Shown here: positions 60,655 to 64,000 of the stretch, piece after piece
Layout of the letters: every line of letters starts with the position of its first letter
How positions within the stretch are numbered: the stretch's first letter is position 1
Assembly: GCA_049519355.1 (NCBI GenBank)
Contig: JBEKQV010000002.1
Coordinates: 3,479 to 67,478, forward strand
DNA: 64,000 nucleotides
DNA from: Candidatus Microgenomates bacterium
Lineage (GTDB): Bacteria > Patescibacteriota > Microgenomatia > UBA8517
Reading direction: 5' to 3'
The notes under the pieces: generated by a model
The model's input: only the letters and a program-made list of their open reading frames with translations
What the model was told of the DNA's origin: nothing
The model's database searches: none
Program-made: the position numbers and the translations under genes

Positions 60655-61470
60655 CTCACTCCACCTTGCCCAAATGCCTGTCGAAAGAAGCCGGCCGCCG
60701 GATTTTTCTTTTAAAGTAAGCTCGCCATTATCAATTTTTCCTCCAGATTTACCAAAATAGCCCTGCAAGGTGTTTGCCAAAGTGGTTGGTGACAAGGAAA
60801 TTGCATAAGCATTTACGATTACAAATATGGGCTTATCGCTTATTATCTTTTTACAATTTTCAAGAAGTCTTGGAAAATCTTTATTGAAATCCCAAATTTC
60901 TCCCGTTGGTCCATGGCCGTACACGGGAGGATCCATAATGATTGCATCATATTTGACTCCTCTTTTAACCTCCCGCTCTGTAAATTTGATTGCATCGTCA
61001 ATAATCCACCGTATAGGTGAGTCTTGCATTCCGTTAAGTTCCCGATTTTCATTAGCCCAGGTAATTGCCGGTCTACTGGCATCAAGGTGCGTTACCTTTG
61101 CGCCGGCCTTTGCCGCAAAAAGTGAAGCGATTCCAGTATAAGCAAAAAGGTTTAAAACATTTGCGTTCTTGTTTTTTAACACTTCAAAAATAAAGTCCCA
61201 CTGCCAATCTTGTTCCGGAAAAACTCCCGTGTGCTTAAAAGGAGCAAGTTTTGCCCAGAATTTAATATCTTTATATGAAAGCTGCCACCTTTCGGGAACA
61301 TGATTTTTGTTAATCCAGCTCTCTCTAAAAACTGCGTCGGCTTTCTTCCACTCCGCCTCCCCCAGATTCTTCTGCCATAAAACCTCAGGGTCCGGTCTAT
61401 CCAGAACATATTTACCGAAATGCTCAAGACGCCGTCCCGATCCGCTGTCTATCAATTCGTAGTCTTCCAT
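60652..61470 (-). CDS. Class I SAM-dependent methyltransferase (RlmI/RlmK-like)
   Basis: HTGVFPEQ, LNLFAYTG, MDPP. Confidence 0.88.
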   Translation of the reverse strand: MEDYELIDSGSGRRLEHFGKYVLDRPDPEVLWQKNLGEAEWKKADAVFRESWINKNHVPERWQLSYKDIKFWAKLAPFKHTGVFPEQDWQWDFIFEVLKNKNANVLNLFAYTGIASLFAAKAGAKVTHLDASRPAITWANENRELNGMQDSPIRWIIDDAIKFTEREVKRGVKYDAIIMDPPVYGHGPTGEIWDFNKDFPRLLENCKKIISDKPIFVIVNAYAISLSPTTLANTLQGYFGKSGGKIDNGELTLKEKSGGRLLSTGIWARWSE

Positions 61471-61473
61471 TGT

Positions 61474-62556
61474 TTAGAAAAATCTGATTTGCATTCCCTC
61501 AGCAACTTTTGTTTCGAAGGAAACCTCTTGACCCGGAAATTTTGCCCCCGAACCCCAAATCTTTACAAGTTTTTTACTGGCGGCAAAATCGGGGCCAATT
61601 TTGAGGGCAACTTCTCGTATTGTATCTACATCTTTCATTATAACAGGACTTCCTTTACCGATTTCCTCATCCGGTTTTAGCAAATAAACCGTAACAAATT
61701 TAAGGGCTTCCCAAATTTCTTCAATCAGTTCGTCCATTCCGAAGCCTATTTCGGCACTGATGTTTAAAATATGATATGTGCCCATTTTGTAGTGTTTGGC
61801 ACCAGCCGGGACGTCCACTTTGTTGATAACGAAAATGGCAGGGGTATAAACTCTGTTTTCCGAAAAGGCATCAAAGAGACGTTCATATGTAAACTTTTCT
61901 TTTAATGTAATTAATCCATTTTTAATACCGTATTCACGGGCTATTTCTTTAATAGTTTCTTTATCTATATCCTGTTTAATATTTGAATAAATTTCCAGTC
62001 CTCCTTGAGTCAATTTTTCGATAAGAATATTAGGTCTTTCCTGATTAATTCTTATTCCTGTACCTTTAAGTTCAGCCGTCATTTTTCCTATTAAATCAAT
62101 TCGTTCAACATCAGTCATCACTACAAGAAGATCGGCACCGCGGGCAACGGAAAGAACTTCGCGTCCCTTGCCTTTACCCTCCTTTGCGCCTTCAATAAGT
62201 CCTGGGATATCAAGAATTTGAATATAAGCTTCATTATATTTAAGCATTCCCGGAACAACCGTAACCGTAGTAAATTCATATGGTGCAACCTTGCTTTCGG
62301 CGTTGGTTAAACGATTGATTAGCGTGGATTTTCCTGCGGAAGGTGGACCCACAAGAACGACAGTTGCGTCTCCTTGTTTTTTGACAGCATATCCAGTTCC
62401 TCCTCCTCCGCCTTTTGACGAAGATTCAATTTCTTTATCCTTTAAGCGGGCGATTTTTGCCCTCATTGCACCTATAAAACCGTTAGTGGCTTTATGGTGA
62501 GGAGTTTTGCGTAAAATTTCCTGTATTGCCTCGATTTGTTGGTCAATCGTGTCCAT
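61474..62556 (-). CDS. DRG/Rbg-type OBG-family GTPase with TGS domain
   Basis: HKAT...RAKIARLK, VKKQGDA, GPPSAGKS, YEFTT, DIPG, NKVD. Confidence 0.85.
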   Translation of the reverse strand: MDTIDQQIEAIQEILRKTPHHKATNGFIGAMRAKIARLKDKEIESSSKGGGGGTGYAVKKQGDATVVLVGPPSAGKSTLINRLTNAESKVAPYEFTTVTVVPGMLKYNEAYIQILDIPGLIEGAKEGKGKGREVLSVARGADLLVVMTDVERIDLIGKMTAELKGTGIRINQERPNILIEKLTQGGLEIYSNIKQDIDKETIKEIAREYGIKNGLITLKEKFTYERLFDAFSENRVYTPAIFVINKVDVPAGAKHYKMGTYHILNISAEIGFGMDELIEEIWEALKFVTVYLLKPDEEIGKGSPVIMKDVDTIREVALKIGPDFAASKKLVKIWGSGAKFPGQEVSFETKVAEGMQIRFF

Positions 62557-62582
62557 CTGAGGTACAATTATAGCGTAAAAGA

Positions 62583-62654
62583 GCGCCTGTAGCTCAACGG
62601 ATAGAGTACCTGTCTTCGGAACAGGCAATAGAGGTTCGATTCCTCTCAGGCGCA
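62583..62654 (+). tRNA. tRNA-Arg(TCG)
   Basis: Cloverleaf, anticodon TCG. Confidence 0.93.
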
Positions 62655-62662
62655 CAAAGAAG

Positions 62663-63055
62663 CTACTTCATCAGTTTTTTCATCCCGAACACTTTCCAGA
62701 CCAAATATTGGATTAAATCCGCAAATATAGCCACGGGGATAAGCCAAATAAATCTTGTTGTTCCGAATCCGACAACAGGACCAAGCCTTGCTGTTATCCA
62801 GAGCGCTACGAAGTTCAAAACGAGATAGAAACAAAACATTCCAAAAGCCCCTTTTAGCTTCGTAAAAAGAAAAATTAACGGTTTGAGGAGCCAAACAATG
62901 AGTGTCCAAGTAAAACCGGCAACAAATGCTCCGGCCCATACTGTGACAGTCATGGACCCTAAAACGAAATATCTTGGCATGACAAGAACCGCCAGATAAA
63001 CAATTATCGAATCCACCAACCAAAGAAGAATAAATGGAAGCAGGTATTTTTTCAT
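62663..63055 (-). CDS. 4-TM membrane protein
   Basis: GGGGGTG RBS, four hydrophobic segments. Confidence 0.7.
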   Translation of the reverse strand: MKKYLLPFILLWLVDSIIVYLAVLVMPRYFVLGSMTVTVWAGAFVAGFTWTLIVWLLKPLIFLFTKLKGAFGMFCFYLVLNFVALWITARLGPVVGFGTTRFIWLIPVAIFADLIQYLVWKVFGMKKLMK

Positions 63056-63165
63056 CTAAATCACCCCCTTAGAATAATTTCAGTATTTACTTATTTGAAA
63101 CCGTTGTCAATGTAACCGATCGGGAATGTTAATCAAGTTGATTTTTGGTAGAATATGAGTTGCAA

Positions 63166-63254
63166 GCCGAGGTGGTGGAATGGTAGACACACGGGCCTTA
63201 AGAGCCCGCGAAGCTAATTACTTCATGCGGGTCCGAGTCCCGCCCTCGGCACCA
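63166..63254 (+). tRNA. tRNA-Leu(TAA)
   Basis: Long variable arm, encoded CCA; T-loop UCCGAGU. Confidence 0.93.
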
Positions 63255-63327
63255 CGGAGTGTAGCGCAGTTGGTAGCGCGCCACGTTTGGGACGTGGAGG
63301 TCCCCGGTTCGAGCCCGGGCACTCCGA
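63255..63327 (+). tRNA. tRNA-Pro(TGG)
   Basis: Cloverleaf; abuts tRNA-Leu with no spacer. Confidence 0.95.
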
Positions 63328-63349
63328 CTTTTGATATAATTATCCTAAC

Positions 63350-63420
63350 GCGGGATTAGTTAATCGGCTTAACAACAGCTTTCCAAGCTGTGAAGAGGGG
63401 TTCGACTCCCCTATCCCGCT
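63350..63420 (+). tRNA. tRNA-Gly(TCC)
   Basis: Cloverleaf, anticodon TCC. Confidence 0.92.
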
Positions 63421-63446
63421 CAAATTGGAATTTTGGAGTAATTTAT

Positions 63447-63806
63447 TTAGGAGATATACTTTTTAATCTCTTCTCCGACGGTATCAAGACTGATATTGGC
63501 TTTAATAAAACATGCAGCAGCACCTGCAGCTTTGGCTGATTCTTCCTGTTTCTCTAAATTGGTGAGGACAATCACCGGAATTTTGGCAGATTCCGAATTA
63601 AGTTTAAGTTCCCTAAGAACATCGAAACCGTTGAGTTCGCCCCCAAGCATGATATCCAAAATAATTAAGTTCGGATGCATCCTAATTGCAGAGCTGACAC
63701 CGTCTATTCCGTTTAGGGCAGTCAATATTTCGTATTCTTTAGAAAATTTGTCAGCGTAAGCTTTGTTTGTTAACAAATCATCTTCTATAAACAGAACTTT
63801 TTTCAT
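63447..63806 (-). CDS. Stand-alone response regulator receiver
   Basis: IEDD, LDIML, LTN, IK. Confidence 0.9.
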   Translation of the reverse strand: MKKVLFIEDDLLTNKAYADKFSKEYEILTALNGIDGVSSAIRMHPNLIILDIMLGGELNGFDVLRELKLNSESAKIPVIVLTNLEKQEESAKAAGAAACFIKANISLDTVGEEIKKYIS

Positions 63807-63821
63807 AATTAAAGTATAACA

Positions 63822-64000
63822 TCATGGAGCTTTAGAGCTACCGATAATTACTTGGACATCATCATTCGAAGAATCGCTAAGTGTCTGCGGCGTGTCGGTT
63901 ACATAAGTTTTATTTAAAGATGAGGAAAGTGCCGAAACAAAAGCGGGGTCAACATTAGATTTGGCCTTAATAATGGTTTTTGTGTAATCATAGGTAGCGG
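63822..64000 (-). CDS. C-terminus of a LytR_C-domain protein (partial)
   Basis: YDYTKTII...DVQVIIG*. Confidence 0.6.
   Translation of the reverse strand, partial: ATYDYTKTIIKAKSNVDPAFVSALSSSLNKTYVTDTPQTLSDSSNDDVQVIIGSSKAP

Noticed and set aside
62557-62655. N-terminal extension of the DRG ORF
   Set aside because: Overlaps tRNA-Arg on the opposite strand; ATG 62556 is the more plausible start

Overview
Chromosomal segment of a small-genome bacterium, most likely Patescibacteria/CPR (Microgenomates-like; inferred from gene content, not from a search). It uses genetic code 11. Housekeeping genes include gyrB, recG, tyrS, pheST, rplT-rpmI-infC-thrS, typA, tig and rpmF-nusB-acp-rnc-rpsP-khpA. 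There is also a type IV pilus locus with 11 pilin-like genes and no secretin, a K+-independent H+-pyrophosphatase, cell-wall enzymes, a DinB cassette and 14 tRNAs. The most notable signals are non-coding. (1) A complete type III hammerhead ribozyme lies on the minus strand at 1-51, in the 3' UTR of a small Cys/His-rich orphan ORF. (2) That unit is one of four stand-alone minus-strand cassettes built as consensus sigma70 promoter, leader, purine-rich RBS, small orphan ORF and structured 3' tail; most housekeeping genes here appear nearly leaderless. (3) One of these cassettes is a ~430-nt multi-hairpin RNA upstream of thrS. (4) An attenuator-like leader precedes a glucosaminidase gene. Protein-level oddities are a synonymously diverged IVGGSN motif present three times, a knottin-like Cys framework, an ACP lacking its Ser, and an archaeal/eukaryote-type DRG GTPase. 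Three tRNAs carry C55. All calls are by eye; no searches or folding programs were run.
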